In this document: positions 1-12,370 of the stretch, piece after piece | Layout of the letters: each line of letters begins with the position of its first letter | Numbering within the stretch: the first letter of the stretch is position 1 | Source: Tachypleus tridentatus | Taxonomy: Eukaryota | Length of the DNA: 64,000 bases | Direction of reading: 5' to 3' | Assembly: GCF_004210375.1 (NCBI RefSeq) | Contig: NC_134837.1 | Span: 252,489,964 to 252,553,963, forward strand | Translations under genes and position numbers: made by a program | The notes under the pieces: generated by a model | Databases searched by the model: none | What the model was told of the DNA's origin: nothing | What the model saw: the letters and a program-made list of their open reading frames with translations, nothing else

Positions 1-883
1 CAGTCTTCTGTTTCATTTGGATTGTATTGTTACAGTCTTCTATTTCATTTGGATTGTATTGTTACAGTCTTCTATTTCATTTGGATTGTATTGTTACAGT
101 CTTCTATTTCATTTGTATTGTATTGTTACAGTCTTCTGTTTCATTTGGATTGTATTGTTACAGTCTTCTATTTCATTTGGATTGTATTGTTACAGTCTTC
201 TATTTCATTTGTATTGTATTGTTACAGTCTTCTGTTTCATTTGTATTGTATTGTTACAGTCTTCTGTTTCATTTGGATTGTATTGTTACAGTCTTCTGTT
301 TCATTTGGATTGTATTGTTACACTCTTCTATTTCATTTGTATTGTATTGTTACAGTCTTCTGTTTCATTTGGATTGTATTGTTACAGTCTTCTGTTTCAT
401 TTGGATTGTATTGTTACAGTCTTCTGTTTCATTTGGATTGTATTGTTACACTCTTCTATTTCATTTGTATTGTATTGTTACAGTCTTCTGTTTCATTTGG
501 ATTGTATTGTTACAGTCTTCTGTTTCATTTGGATTGTATTGTTACAGTCTTCTATTTCATTTGGATTGTATTGTTACAGTCTTCTGTTTCATTTGGATTG
601 TATTGTTACACTCTTCTATTTCATTTGTATTGTATTGTTACAGTCTTCTGTTTCATTTGGATTGTATTGTTACAGTCTTCTGTTTCATTTGGATTGTATT
701 GTTACACTCTTCTATTTCATTTGTATTGTATTGTTACACTCTTCTGTTTCATTTGGATTGTATTGTTACAGTCTTCTGTTTCATTTGGATTGTATTGTTA
801 CAGTCTTCTATTTCATTTGGATTGTATTGTTACAGTCTTCTGTTTCATTTGGATTGTATTGTTACACTCTTCTATTTCATCTT
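1..883. repeat. 32-bp tandem minisatellite, about 27 copies, truncated by window start
   Basis: Unit CAGTCTTCTGTTTCATTTGGATTGTATTGTTA repeats head-to-tail with point variants (GGATTG/GTATTG, CAGTC/CACTC). The three long ORFs at 17-947 are frame artefacts of the repeat. Confidence 0.95.
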
Positions 884-1670
884 CAGAAAAAAACAACTAC
901 AAAAAAAGTTCATTTTGAATAATTTCTGGAAAAGGTCTTATGTTTGATGTATCAGACATTGCCTTACATTTAATGGTAAGTTTTCTATCGGTAAAGTTGA
1001 TTTTAACAAGAATTTTCATCTCGGTATTTTAAAGAATATTCTACGGGTGGCATAATATATTACATTCTTCATGACAAGTCCATATCATATTTAGTTTCGT
1101 CTGTCATCAAACTGGTGTCAACATCTAAGTGTCAACTTGTAAACATTTTAAAACGTAACCTAGATGATTCTTGCTCACAGGAGAACTGTGGTAACCTAAA
1201 AATCCTCGACCGCATGAGCGGTATGTTGTTGTTAATTATGTTCTTGTGTGGCTGATCTTGTTAATAATTAAACGACGTTAGGGAGCTCATTGTCAGAATC
1301 TGTTGTAATTGTATTTGATTATCTTCTTTGGTCACTGATGATATCATTTGGTTATTCTTAGGTCAGATGGTGTTTGCACCAAATGTGTACACATTTAAAT
1401 TTGTTCATTTTACTCATTTTTATGGTAGAATATAAACCTATTTTAAGTTGGGGAAATATAAATAAATTGGTATAATTTCCATAACAAAATTGAATTGTCC
1501 ATTGATAACTAGCACAATTCTTTTACCTTTCCTTTAACTGGACAAATATCAGCAAAACATGTACAGAATCACATTAAAATCATTATCTTTTCTTATTTGC
1601 CATTATTCCAGTACAGTTCATCATCTGATCAATCAAATAACACAGATTAAACAGATGCTGTATTTTATCA

Positions 1671-1787
1671 CTGAGTACAGCGGTAAATCTACGGATTTAC
1701 AATGCTAAAATCAGGGGTTCGATTTCTCTCGATGGACTCAGCAGATAGGTCAGTGTGGCTTTGATCTAAGAAAACACACACACACTG
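1671..1787 (+). mobile_element. SINE-B copy (~115 bp tRNA-like SINE)
   Basis: Matches the family consensus ACAGCGGTAAGTCTACGGATTTACAACGCTAAAATCAGGGGTTCGATTTCCCTCGGTGGGCTCAGCAGATAGCCCAATGTGGCTTTG..AAAACACAC. Box-A-like and box-B-like (GGGGTTCGATTTCC) motifs are present. Confidence 0.8.
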
Positions 1788-1920
1788 AAGCTAAAAATGA
1801 GAGTGAAAAACATTCTGATATTTAGTGTTTTAAACTATTTACCTTTAGCTCAGTTCAAAATAAATACCTTGTAACATGTTCTTAGCTTTTAGTTTGTTAA
1901 TATTTTCCCGTTGTTTCTCA

Positions 1921-2196
1921 GGCCCGGCATGGCCAGGTGGTTAATGCACTCCACTCGTAATCTGAGGGTCGCGGGTTCGAATTCCTGTCACACCAAACAT
2001 GTTCGCTCTTTCAGCCGTGGGGACGCTATAATGTTACGGTCAATCCCACTATTCGTTGGTAAAAGAGGAGTCTAAGAGTTGGCGGTGGGTGATGATGACT
2101 AGCTGCCTTCCCTTTAGTCTTACACTGCTAAATTAGGGACAGCTAGCACAAATTGCCCTTGTGTAGCTTTGCCCGAAATTCAAAACAAACCAAACC
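1921..2196 (+). mobile_element. SINE-A full-length copy (~280 bp tRNA-derived SINE)
   Basis: tRNA-like head GGCCCGGCATGGCCAGGTGG (box A) .. GGTTCGAATTCC (box B). Conserved body runs CATGTTCGC..TCAGCCGTGGGG..TATAATGTTACGGTCAATCCCACTATTCGTTGGTAAAAGAG..AGTTGGCGGTGGGTGATGATGACTAGCTGCCTTCCC..CTAAATTAGGGAC..GTGTAGCTTTGCCCGAAATTCAAAACAAACC. Confidence 0.9.
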
Positions 2197-2235
2197 GTTG
2201 TTTCTCCTTTTGAGATTCATGTGGGAGGTCAACCG

Positions 2236-2345
2236 CTAGTACAGCAGTAAGTCTACGGATTTGCAAAACACTAACATCCTCGATTCGATTATCCTTGGTG
2301 GACTCAGCAGATGGCTCAATGTGGCTTTGATATAAGGAAACACTT
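2236..2345 (+). mobile_element. SINE-B copy, diverged
   Basis: ACAGCAGTAAGTCTACGGATTTGCAAAACAC..GGTGGACTCAGCAGATGGCTCAATGTGGCTTTGATATAAGGAAACAC. Confidence 0.7.
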
Positions 2346-2857
2346 ACTCATGTATGACATTGAAAACATATGGTTCGATCCCTCAAGGTGACAAGAATCA
2401 AGCTAATATTGTTTGTAATCTCTTTATATTTTACTTACTTTAAAATGGAAATATGTAAAAGTCAACTATTGGATATCTCTATGCAGTTTACCGTTGATTT
2501 TTCTTTAGTTAAAAAAATTATAAGTGGAACTCGGTGAAAAAAAAATGTTGGACTATGAGTGTGCACTCTCTATCGCTAGATGTCAGGACACGTTTAAGTC
2601 GAGTTCAAACACCTACACGATGATGAGTTGATTTTATTAAAATTTTATTTCCTATGTCGTGACAGAAATAGTTTAAAACAACAACAATAGGTTTATGATT
2701 TGTAATTTTGTAATAAAATAACAACAACCAGGGTTAGCTTTATAATATTGCATGTTTTATTTGGCAAGTTGTAACTTTAACTTAGAAGGACGGCAATGAA
2801 CCCGATATGAATTATATTTTGCTGTGATAGTCAATACCATATATGCTGGTAATCTGG

Positions 2858-2995
2858 TAGCCCAAGAGCCGGCAATCGACGGTGATGACTAGCTGCCTTT
2901 CTTATGGTCTACCATTTTAAAAATAGGGACAACTAGCACAGATAACCCTCGTGTAGATTTGCGTGAAAATTCAAAAACAAATAAACAATCAAACC
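2858..2995 (+). mobile_element. SINE-A 3' half (5'-truncated)
   Basis: GTAGCCCAAGAGCCGGC..GGTGATGACTAGCTGCCTTTC..AAAATAGGGACAACTAGCACAGATAACCCTCGTGTAGATTTGCGTGAAAATTCAAAAACAAATAAAC. Confidence 0.8.
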
Positions 2996-3063
2996 AAAAT
3001 CAAAATTAATATTTATTTGCCTCCTCAGATCATAAAGTATACGTTTACTAATAAGTTGAAATA

Positions 3064-3317
3064 GGGCTCGGCATGGCCAGGCGGGTTAAGGCGTTCAACT
3101 CGTAATCTGAGAGTCGCAGGTTCGAATCCTCATTGCACCAAACATGCTCGACCTTTCAGCCGTGGGGGCGTTATAATGGTACTGTCAATCCTACAAGAGT
3201 TGGCAGTTGGTGGTGATGACTAGCTGCCTTCCCTCTAGTCTTACACTGTTAAATTAAGGACGACTAACGCAGATAGCCCTCGTGTAGCTTTGCGTGAAAT
3301 TCAAAAAACAAAACAAG
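3064..3317 (+). mobile_element. SINE-A copy with internal deletion
   Basis: Head GGGCTCGGCATGGCCAGGCGGGTTAAGGCG..GGTTCGAATCC, full tail ..GTGTAGCTTTGCGTGAAATTCAAAAAACAAAACAAG. It lacks the CACTATTCGTTGGTAAAAGAGTAGCCC segment. Confidence 0.85.
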
Positions 3318-4023
3318 TTGAAATAAGAATTTTGGCTGTAATCATAAAAGTCGTACTTGAGTTCAAAAATATATTTTTGTGATAAAAACACCTGAATTTC
3401 TTGTGAAACAAAACTTATGATGTCACTTGGCTTTATAAAAATTGAACAATGACGTTCACTGTGCTTGGCATTAAGAATCTGTTTTGTTTTTATAGAAGTT
3501 ACTGGAATATTTTGAACGTATGCCAGTTAGCAGTTTATAAAAGAAACAAAACACAATTTTTCCATTTTTACCTTTTGTCATAAGATAAATATTTTTATAT
3601 CAGACACCCCTGACAAATTCACTTTTATACCTAATATATGGACAACAAAATAATCAGTAATAAAATGAATGAAAATAAATTATCCATCATTGCATCAGGT
3701 TCACATCCATCACTTGTTATCAATCCATCTTTACGTTATGCCTATAGCCATTAGTAGTTATTAATCCATCTTTACGCTATGTCTTTAGCCATCACTGCTT
3801 ATAATTCCATCCTCTACGAGGTTTATAGTCATCACTAGTTATTAATCCATCTGTAAGCTAGGTTTTCAGTGATCACTGATCATTAATCCATCTGTGATCT
3901 AGGTGTTCAGCCATGATTCATTCTCTAGAGAGGAACACAGCTGTAACTAATTTTAATCTCTTTTTTAATAACCACACACAAGGCAGAGCCAAATAGTCAG
4001 GGCGAGCAACTTAGCAATCTATG

Positions 4024-4240
4024 GGTCGCCGTCACACTGAATATGCTCGCTCCTTTGACCCTAGGGAGCATTATAATATTATAGTCAATCACACTATTCG
4101 TTGGTAAAAAAATAATCTAATTGTTGGCGGTGGGTGTTGATGACTAGTTGTCTTCCCTATTAGTGTTTCATTCCTAAATTAGGGGCGGCCAGCGCAGATA
4201 GCCCTCGTGTAGCTTTATGTGAAGTTCAATAAAACAAACA
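4024..4240 (+). mobile_element. SINE-A copy, diverged and 5'-degenerate
   Basis: GGTCGCCGTCACACTGAATATGCTCGC..ATTATAATATTATAGTCAATCACACTATTCGTTGGTAAAAA..TTGGCGGTGGGTGTTGATGACTAGTTGTCTTCCC..GCGCAGATAGCCCTCGTGTAGCTTTATGTGAAGTTCAATAAAACAAAC. Confidence 0.7.
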
Positions 4241-6235
4241 GATTCATTATCAATCACAGCATCCTCCCAGTTCAAGGGGTCAACGAATATGGTTCTCCGT
4301 TGTTTTGTATTCCTCACTGGATGTGTCAGCTTTCCCAGTTCAAACTTTCCATTTTTAGCCTGCTCGTCTTTCTTCGATTTTACGCATCAGAATCTCAGCA
4401 GACCTTCCCTTAAATTATCGCACCTTCCGTTTCTTACATCCAGCAGTTGTATTGTATGTTCGTTACATCCTTATGTTTTTTTTCTGTGTGTACGTTCGTC
4501 ATCATGAGTTTATGACACTACGTTTCGAATATTTCCAACTCATTTTGTTTCAGGTGAAACCACTCCCGTAGAGTAGAACAGACTACACGTGGCATTTTAG
4601 TCGTCTCTTCTTCAGTTCAAGTTTTAATTTGTCTCCCGTGAAATTCGTTGGAATTAAAGGATGCTGTTTTCACATTCCTATCTTTTGCTTTCATAATTGT
4701 CGCTTTTTCTGATACTGTTTCTAATTAAATAAACCTCTCCACATTCTTACCGTTTACTCTGATGCATATTCTGAGTGCTTCACCAGATTGTGAAACGGAT
4801 ATATCTCTAGCTTTGTTGCCATGTATTTTAAGCCTATTGTCTTGCTGTTATCAACTTATCTCTTAAGTAACCTTTGGATATATTTCTTGTACTCACTCCT
4901 AAGTGTTGCATCATCACCATATCTCTTATTACAGACTCCAATATCCTTCATCCCATCAATAATTAATCATTACTATCCGCTCTGCTTTGACAGCACCATC
5001 TTTTTCATATACGTCTCTTGTAACTGCCTACTAACTACTTAGTTCTCTGTCAGCTCAAACTGCCGCTTCTTTTAGGATTCACTTATCTGCTTGAGCCAAC
5101 TCAGAGTCTACTGTGGGATCTCCGTTACCTTCTCAAGATCAATCATCAAGTACTTTTTCAGAGCTTATGAACCATACGTACAGCTTTATTTGAGCTTCTA
5201 TGTTTTTGGTTTTTTTTTTTTACCTAACATCCTATGTGCGATTATGCTTATTCACATGCTTCGACTTCTTCTAAATTCGTTTTGAGTACGTAACAGCTCA
5301 GTGCCAACCTTATGTTTCGGTTTTAAAATACTTTATAGACGTGTGCGATCAAGCTGGTAATCCTTTACAGTTTGTATCTTAAGTTTCTTGAGTAACAACA
5401 CGGAAAAAATCTTTAAAAGTATATTAGCCTCGCTTGTAAAGTGAGACACAAACTGCGGTCAGATATTCAATTGATGCAGATTTTAATTTCCTTTAACCCT
5501 TTCGCTGGAAACTTGTATATGCGCAAGTTTTCCATTTCTAATTCTTCTTTTTCCAAAACTGTAGAGCTTTTGTTAATTAGTTTTATTCATTCCGTAGCGA
5601 ATCCAGTTTCCCTGTCATAGTTATAAACGTTTTTCACATACGCTGTCACACCCACTGGTGGCTACGTAGTATGTCTAAAGAATTAAAACACTAAAAACCA
5701 AGTTTCGATACCTTGGTGTGCACGGAACAGATATTCCATTATATAGCCTTATGTTTAATAACAATAAAAAACGCTCCACTCAACTGTCTTTAATATATCC
5801 AATTCCAAAAGGTTTTTGTATGCCTCTATTTGTAACGGCACCACTGGAAGACAGAGCAGTTTTCATATTCTACTGCGCATGTCACTCGTACCAGATGTTG
5901 TCCCACAATTTTTGCTCAGACATTCGTATCTTGCATGTCTACAAAAACATTATTTACTCTCCTATAACTTTGCCACTTTCTTGACACTTGTTTTCTGAAT
6001 GTCATCATTCATCCAGATTTGGTTTTTAACTTTTGTTTTCCTCCTATTTCCTACTTCCTGTTACACCTTAGCCCATTCATCTTCAGCAGCCATGTTTGCA
6101 AGTTCTTTTATTAGCATTTCAAGGATATAATAGTTAGTCCTTGGCTTACTAGTTATTCCACCAAAGAAGCTATTCCTCTGATATGTTCAATTATTCCAAA
6201 AAAAAAAAAAGTAATATCGTGTAGTCCTAGTTTGA

Positions 6236-6428
6236 CATGATCAGGTGATTAGAGTGCCCGACTCGCAATCTCAGCGTCGGGGATTCAAATCTTCGTCACC
6301 GAACATGCTCGCCCTTTCAGCCATGTAAACGTTATAATGTCACTATTCGTTGAAAAAAAAAAGTAGATCTAGTCTTACACTGCTAAATTATGGACGGCAG
6401 ATAATCCTCGTTTAGTTTTACACGTTAT
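6236..6428 (+). mobile_element. SINE-A copy, degenerate with internal deletions
   Basis: CATGATCAGGTGATTAGAGTGCCCGACTCGCAATCTCAGCGTCGGGGATTCAAATC..GAACATGCTCGCCCTTTCAGCCATG..TAGTCTTACACTGCTAAATTATGGACGGCAGATAATCCTCGTTTAG. Confidence 0.65.
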
Positions 6429-7299
6429 TCAGAACAATCCAAGTGATCTGTCACCGTCATCACCAAACTACTCTTTGAGCCAATCGTGACAATGCTAGAA
6501 AATAAGAGTTACTTTGCTTAATTACTGACAAATATTTGCTATTTTCTTCGGGTACACTTTTCAAACGAATTGAAAATGTTAGAAGAAACTTCGTGTACTC
6601 GTGGTTTCAGAATTTCTTATTTGCTTTCAGAATGGAGGAGCTGTGTTTGATAACATATCTGCTTTTGAAGCGTCACGTTTGGTAGTTTTAATTGGAGTAA
6701 ACAAAGAGGTAAGTTGAGTTTTTTATACTAAACTCCCTCCCATTTTAAATACACTTCTCACCTAAGTTGTTTTTAACATCGTAAGAAGGTTTAAGAAATT
6801 ATTTCTTCCAACATTTCAAAGACGTTTTTTTTACAGCTTAAAAATCGTTCATTCCAGAAACTAGTGTTACTTATTCACTTTAATATTAAACCATTATTTC
6901 GTAAAAAGATTCACTTCAAAAATATGAGAACTCTTTTAAACCATTTTACTCTTCGGTTGCTTTAATTTTTGCCAATTAGAACTAACACGAAATCTAATAT
7001 GAATTTGCAGGCGGTAGAGATGTACATTAACATATCGAGTTGTAAATAAACAGAGGTTAAGTACTTTACATAGAAATGATTTTGGTGCCTTACCGCGTCG
7101 TTACAGTCTAAGTCGCTAAGTTTAGTTTTGCTCCATCTGATGACCATGTATTTTGATAATAGCCATGCAGCGTAGTTCTATTGTCAGATGTTTCGTCATA
7201 AGTTTGTCATGGCCAGCACATTATCTTAATGAATGCTTTCCACAGTACATCTAGTATGAAAGTATCAAGGTTTCCAGTGTTCTTTGCAACAGTCCTATT

Positions 7300-7402
7300 A
7301 CACAGTATGTCTACGGATTTACAACGCTAAAATCAGGGGTTCGATTTCCCTCGGTGGGCTCAGCAGATAGCCTATGTGGCTTTGCTATAAGAAAAACACA
7401 CA
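7300..7402 (+). mobile_element. SINE-B copy
   Basis: TACACAGTATGTCTACGGATTTACAACGCTAAAATCAGGGGTTCGATTTCCCTCGGTGGGCTCAGCAGATAGCCTATGTGGCTTTGCTATAAGAAAAACACACAC. Confidence 0.85.
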
Positions 7403-8686
7403 CCTATTACACAGAAATCCAAAGGCGATTTGACCAATTTGTTTCTTATGGAATGTCATGAATTCCTGTTTTATTCTCTAACCGCTTTAAGTATTTGTCA
7501 GTTGAACGAGAGGTATTATTGGAAGTCTTATCTTGGTACATCCATTCGTATCTGTTGGTCGCTTTCCTAGACAGAGATTGTTTTCTTGATTAGGCCGAGT
7601 ACAGTTTATCGAGGACGTGGACGACTTTTGCCACTGACTTTGAGATTGTAGATTCTCATCTGTAACAAAACGTCACACTTTGCTTACCACAGTTGAATAC
7701 GACTTGTTGCAGATCTCTTTCTTGATAGTCCTGGTGTTCCAATGATACATATGTATATTCCTTTATCGTTTATAATCATGAAGAACACGGAGTATCCTGC
7801 CTTGAAAATTCTAAACTCCCTATCTGAACACATTTTTATGATCCGGGTATATGAAAATTTGACTTCGGAACTGACTGTTAAACACCTTTATTCAAAAGCG
7901 AGTAATTTTCGATGACGCCTTCTACCTAAGAAACGTCAAACATTCAAAATGTGGTTCTGAAAACCATGCTAATTGACCGAGTTTTATATTGGTTATGGTT
8001 GTCACATGACTGGCAGATTTGCATATTCAATATTATTTTAATATAACGTACAGCTACCCTCTTCACAGTTTGATTAAAAGTTATCTGAAGAGTGGATTTT
8101 AGTCTTTCAAGGAAGGAAGAAGAAAATGCATTTACCTAGCGTAAGGGTAAGAACTATTATAGAATTTGGCATTTTTATGGCTCAGGTATAACAATATCTA
8201 ATTCTGAGTTACTGACTAAAGCAAAATAAACCTGTTAACAGCATCTGCTTTATCCAGCTTTGAACCAAATATGGGATTAACTATCACTCTCATAACGCAG
8301 CTGTCCCGCCCTCCATTGCTCAACAGTGAATATAAAGACCTATAATCTGATATGTAAGTATTGCTGTTTGAAAGTTTTTTTTCTTTTGGCAATTTGACAA
8401 AAGTAATTTTTTTATTGCATGGAATTTGAATTCACCTGATAAAAGGGATGACGTCATTTATTTTCGATACTGAGATTGTTTTTAACATTTTAGTTTAAAA
8501 TACTAGAATATTTTTGGACTCAAACAAATTAATGTGTCTTTTAACTTACGTAAATATTTATACTGTCCTTATTTGTCTTTCATGTTTCCAACAGGAACTT
8601 CCGTGCAGTCTAAAATAAAACGATGTGAATTACAAGTGATTTCTACAAGCGGTTATAAAGATTAACGTTCGTTGCCAAAGCTAATT

Positions 8687-11077
8687 ATGACCAATGAAAG
8701 TTTCCTGGCACGGACTCTGTCCCAGGTTAATCTAGTATCGCCCCCTACTGCATTCTTTTCAAATCGTAACAGCCACACGTCCATGCGGAACAGCAGTGTA
8801 TCTTTATTAGCCAACTTCTCGTCTATGTCCAACTGGTTGACTACAACAGTGTCCATAGGGTCAGAGGTCAAACTGTTGGTAGAAGAAACTGGATCAAATC
8901 TTCTGGATGGTTTGTCGCTCGTGTGTTTAAATAAGAGAAATGGTGAAAACTATACAGTTCATTGTGATAACGCCACAAACAGTACATCGGTAGCTGTTAA
9001 TACTCCTGTCGCACCATATTCTCTGTGGCTAACAATATTCATAGCTGTCTCCATTGGTCTGTGTATTATACTTACTGTTGCTGGAAACATACTCGTATTA
9101 ATGGCTTTTGCAGTAGAACGAGCCATTCGACAGCCAAGTAACTATTTTATAGTCTCCTTAGCTGTATCAGATCTTCTTATTGGAATGGTATCGATGCCAT
9201 TCTACGCTGTTTATGTATTAGTTGGTCGGTGGGATCTCGGACCCATTCCTTGTGACCTGTGGTTAGCCACTGACCACACCGTTTGTCTCGTTTCTATTTA
9301 CACCGTACTTCTTATAACCATCGACAGGTACTGCTCTGTTAACATCGCCGCCAAATACCGAAACTGGCGAACTAGGACCAAGGTAATATTCATGGTAGCA
9401 GTAACGTGGATTATTCCTTTCCTCGTATTCTTCATTAGCATTATGGGATGGGAACATTTTATTGGTTATAGAGATCTAAACCCTGGAGAGTGCGCTGTAC
9501 AGTTTCTTAAAGACCCAGTCTTCAACACTTCACTGATTTTTGGTTATTTTTACGCCACGTTAGTAGTGCTCTTTGTTCTTTATGGAGGAATATACAAAAC
9601 AGCCAGTGACATGCAGAAGAAGTCAGCTGCGAAACAAAAGAAAATGCAGAGTCTAGTGGCCATGGGGAAATCGTCAGGAAAACGTAAAACGATTGGTTTA
9701 TCTAAAACACAGAGTACTTTACTCTGTCAAGACAAACCCAAAACAGCCCAACCAGGAAATTTAGATACTACAACATCTGTAAACCAAATTAATCCCCAGA
9801 ACTCCCAGGCTGTAGGGAGTGGGAATTGTCCATCCAACCAGAAAACCTTGTTAAATAAAACTGGAAATGCTGAAGCTCTCGTCTTCTCGGAGAAGAAAGA
9901 CGCATCTGATCCGGACCGGTCCAGTAGCCCAATGTTTGATTCTGATGAGGAAAATTATCAAAAGCCGGAGAAGTCCTTAAAGCCAGCAAAAACTCCTAAA
10001 GATAAAAGTGCACCTAAGGCTACCCCTCTTAATAATAAACGAGAAAAAATAAAAAACACTAATATCGTCAGATCTCCAATTACCGACGAACAGATCCTCA
10101 AATTAGTTCCTCCGCCTTCGGCTCTACAAAGGAATCTTCCTTTGGATTCAGGTAAAGATACAATCAGAAATGAGAGCGTTATGGATACTGAAAAGATTAT
10201 GTTCCCTTCGGATGCACCATCTGTAGACTTGAAGATCACGACAACAGCTGATAACAATAAAATAATAAATACTATTCCTTCCGACGAAAGAAATGTTATT
10301 TCCAACGAAAAACCGCATCCTCCCAAAACACTCAACTTGACTTCGGTAAGAGAGGAACAACCATTAGAATATCTAGAAACCTCTGACATGAAGTATATTG
10401 ATCAAGAAAGTTCTGTGGCCATGCCCTCTCCAGCCAGTGAAACAGTCCTCACAGATAATCCACAACCAACAGAAGATACACCTGAGCCACGAACCAAGGA
10501 CAAATCAGTAAATACTGACCCTGTGATTTTTTATGACTTTCCTTCACTTCAACCCGAACAATGTAAACAGAAGAACAGCATGGTAAGCATGCAGGTAGAG
10601 AATATATCTGAATCCAAGATGGTAACGCGCGTAGTGAAACCGGAGGAGATGCAGCCAATCGTGAACCATGATTGTGACCAACCAAACACTACGGTTGCTT
10701 CTACAAAAGACTTTACGACGACTCGTTCGAAAACACAATTCGCGACAGTCCTCGGAAGGAAAGGGAAAAAGTACAAAAAGCACACGAAAGAAAAGAGGCA
10801 AAAATCCAAATCCGAAAATCGTGCTAGGAAAGCACTGAGGACTATCTCCTTTATTTTAGGAGCATTTGTTTTGTGTTGGACGCCATATCACATATGTGCA
10901 CTGGTAGAGGGATTCTGCTCCGATCCTGCCGGCTGTGTTAACTATCACTTTTTCTATTTTACGTATTTCTTGTGCTACGCTAACAGTCCCATTAACCCTT
11001 TTTGTTACGCTTTAATGAATCAGCAGTTTAAGAAGACATTTTACCGTCTTCTTCGTGGCGATTTTCATCGAACATAG
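8687..11077 (+). CDS. Class A (rhodopsin-like) biogenic-amine GPCR, muscarinic-acetylcholine-receptor-like; single exon, 796 aa
   Basis: Continuous ORF; first ATG at 8687 (the supplied ORF at 8672 starts at TTG). Seven hydrophobic helices; Asp2.50 (LAVSDLL); Asp3.32 (WLATDHT, the amine counter-ion); DRY (ITIDRYCSV); CWxP (FVLCWTPY) in TM6; NPxxY (NPFCYAL) in TM7. N-terminus of ~115 aa with 8 N-x-S/T sites. Lys/Ser/Thr/Pro-rich ICL3 of ~400 aa (about nt 9600-10830), typical of muscarinic-type receptors. The short antisense ORFs inside it are artefacts. Confidence 0.85.
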   Translation: MTNESFLARTLSQVNLVSPPTAFFSNRNSHTSMRNSSVSLLANFSSMSNWLTTTVSIGSEVKLLVEETGSNLLDGLSLVCLNKRNGENYTVHCDNATNSTSVAVNTPVAPYSLWLTIFIAVSIGLCIILTVAGNILVLMAFAVERAIRQPSNYFIVSLAVSDLLIGMVSMPFYAVYVLVGRWDLGPIPCDLWLATDHTVCLVSIYTVLLITIDRYCSVNIAAKYRNWRTRTKVIFMVAVTWIIPFLVFFISIMGWEHFIGYRDLNPGECAVQFLKDPVFNTSLIFGYFYATLVVLFVLYGGIYKTASDMQKKSAAKQKKMQSLVAMGKSSGKRKTIGLSKTQSTLLCQDKPKTAQPGNLDTTTSVNQINPQNSQAVGSGNCPSNQKTLLNKTGNAEALVFSEKKDASDPDRSSSPMFDSDEENYQKPEKSLKPAKTPKDKSAPKATPLNNKREKIKNTNIVRSPITDEQILKLVPPPSALQRNLPLDSGKDTIRNESVMDTEKIMFPSDAPSVDLKITTTADNNKIINTIPSDERNVISNEKPHPPKTLNLTSVREEQPLEYLETSDMKYIDQESSVAMPSPASETVLTDNPQPTEDTPEPRTKDKSVNTDPVIFYDFPSLQPEQCKQKNSMVSMQVENISESKMVTRVVKPEEMQPIVNHDCDQPNTTVASTKDFTTTRSKTQFATVLGRKGKKYKKHTKEKRQKSKSENRARKALRTISFILGAFVLCWTPYHICALVEGFCSDPAGCVNYHFFYFTYFLCYANSPINPFCYALMNQQFKKTFYRLLRGDFHRT

Positions 11078-11147
11078 CCAGTTGGATTCATCATTCTGGA
11101 TCGTTACCTTCGTCATACCACCTTGCTACTCCTTCTTGGTGTTCTAC

Positions 11148-11265
11148 AGTGGCACAGCGCTATGTCTGCGGAATTACAACTCCAGAAACCGGTTCTCGAT
11201 ACCCGTGGTGAGAAGTGCACGTATAGCCCATCGTGTAGCTTTATGCTGAGCTTCAAACAAATAAA
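11148..11265 (+). mobile_element. SINE-C copy in the presumptive GPCR 3' UTR
   Basis: GGCACAGCGCTATGTCTGCGGAATTACAACTCCAGAAACCGGTTCTCGATACCCGTGGTGAGAAGTGCACGTATAGCCCATCGTGTAGCTTTATGCTGAGCTTCAAACAAATAAAAAAC. Starts 70 bp after the GPCR stop codon. Confidence 0.75.
11260..11265 (+). promoter_or_regulatory. AATAAA poly(A) signal candidate, contributed by the SINE-C tail, ~185 bp after the GPCR stop
   Basis: CAAACAAATAAAAAAC. This is the first canonical hexamer downstream of the CDS. Confidence 0.3.
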
Positions 11266-12214
11266 AAACTTATAGGTATGGTTGTATCCTACGGTAAAAT
11301 GTTTTTAGATTAGATAAAAGTCTTTTTTTCCCTACACAATGCAAATATTAACGTTACTTAGTTGTCCCAATAATGTAATTCTAAGAATACGATTAAGTGC
11401 GAATACACTTCGTCAACACACAACTGTTAAACATAACGTATAATCTTAAATAAACCATTCCTTGTTCTAAGAGTTTCAGAAGCCTGGTTCTAATGGTGTT
11501 CTATAAATTTCACCAGATATTCGTTAATTTAGGTATGAGTATTTGTTGCACACGTAGAAAGTGAAGAATTTATTTCTGCATTGTATACAACTGTTTATGT
11601 CATCTCTAAATCAATGTACGAATGTAGCTCTGAAATGGAGTGTTTCAAGCTAATAGTAGTTTCTAAACGTACACGGTTACGGTGGCTGTGTTTTTTACAA
11701 TAGTATTGTTCTAGTAATATTATGTGAAACGTTTTACCAGTTACAGTTGTATTGTGATTAGCTTTATTACTCGTAATATCATCATGTACTTATCAAGTTT
11801 AATTGGGATTGTGAGAAGCTTTATTGATTTTCAGCATTATCAGAATCAGGAAACATGTGTTCAAATAAGAATAATAAATAGTAAATATATGAAGTTTTAA
11901 TCCTCAACTACATTTGTAATTTCTCACTCTCTTACTGACGTAGTTAAGGAATAAAACGTTTTTCATTGGTGCTGCCTGATAATAAATAATCATAAATATA
12001 TAACAACACTGATACTTTAACCCCTTGAGTTCCTAAATTCATGCACCTTACAATGTCTCAAATAATTGAAAAAGTAAATACATATTTCTTGATGATGAGA
12101 AACTCACTTCAATTAAAAATGTATCTTAGAATGGCATACCAGTCTCACATGTAATTATTTATATATTTCATTACATTTAGAAAAAAGAAACTATCATGAA
12201 TCAAACATAATAAA

Positions 12215-12370
12215 ATATAAATATTTCACAAAAATATTTTCTATGCTCTATTTCACAAAATATTCCCCTTTTCTCTCTATCCTATCTTTCACAAAACAAA
12301 CCATTTTTTCTGCGTTATTTTTCACAAAATTCCCTTTTATCTATGTTTTGTTTCATAAAACAAATCTCTT
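12215..12370. repeat. Degenerate ~40-bp tandem repeat (TTTCACAAAA-containing), about 4-5 units
   Basis: Reiterated ..TATTTCACAAAA(T/C)ATTCCCCTTTTCTCT.. blocks. Confidence 0.5.

Noticed and set aside
17-947. Three overlapping ~300-aa plus-strand ORFs at the window start
   Set aside because: They lie entirely within the 32-bp tandem minisatellite. The repeat length is not a multiple of 3, so all three frames stay open and encode the same periodic low-complexity peptide. They are not genes.
4219-5998. Six short plus-strand ORFs (60-88 aa)
   Set aside because: These are pyrimidine-rich, stop-poor stretches with no recognisable homology. The only plus-strand bias is compositional.
8672-8686. GPCR ORF start at 8672 as given in the ORF track
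   Set aside because: Position 8672 is TTG, not ATG. The first ATG in frame is at 8687 (MTNESF..), directly preceding the N-glycosylated ectodomain.
9263-10809. Six minus-strand ORFs (64-143 aa) antisense to the GPCR
   Set aside because: They overlap the long Lys/Ser/Thr-rich ICL3 coding region of the well-supported plus-strand GPCR and are antisense artefacts.
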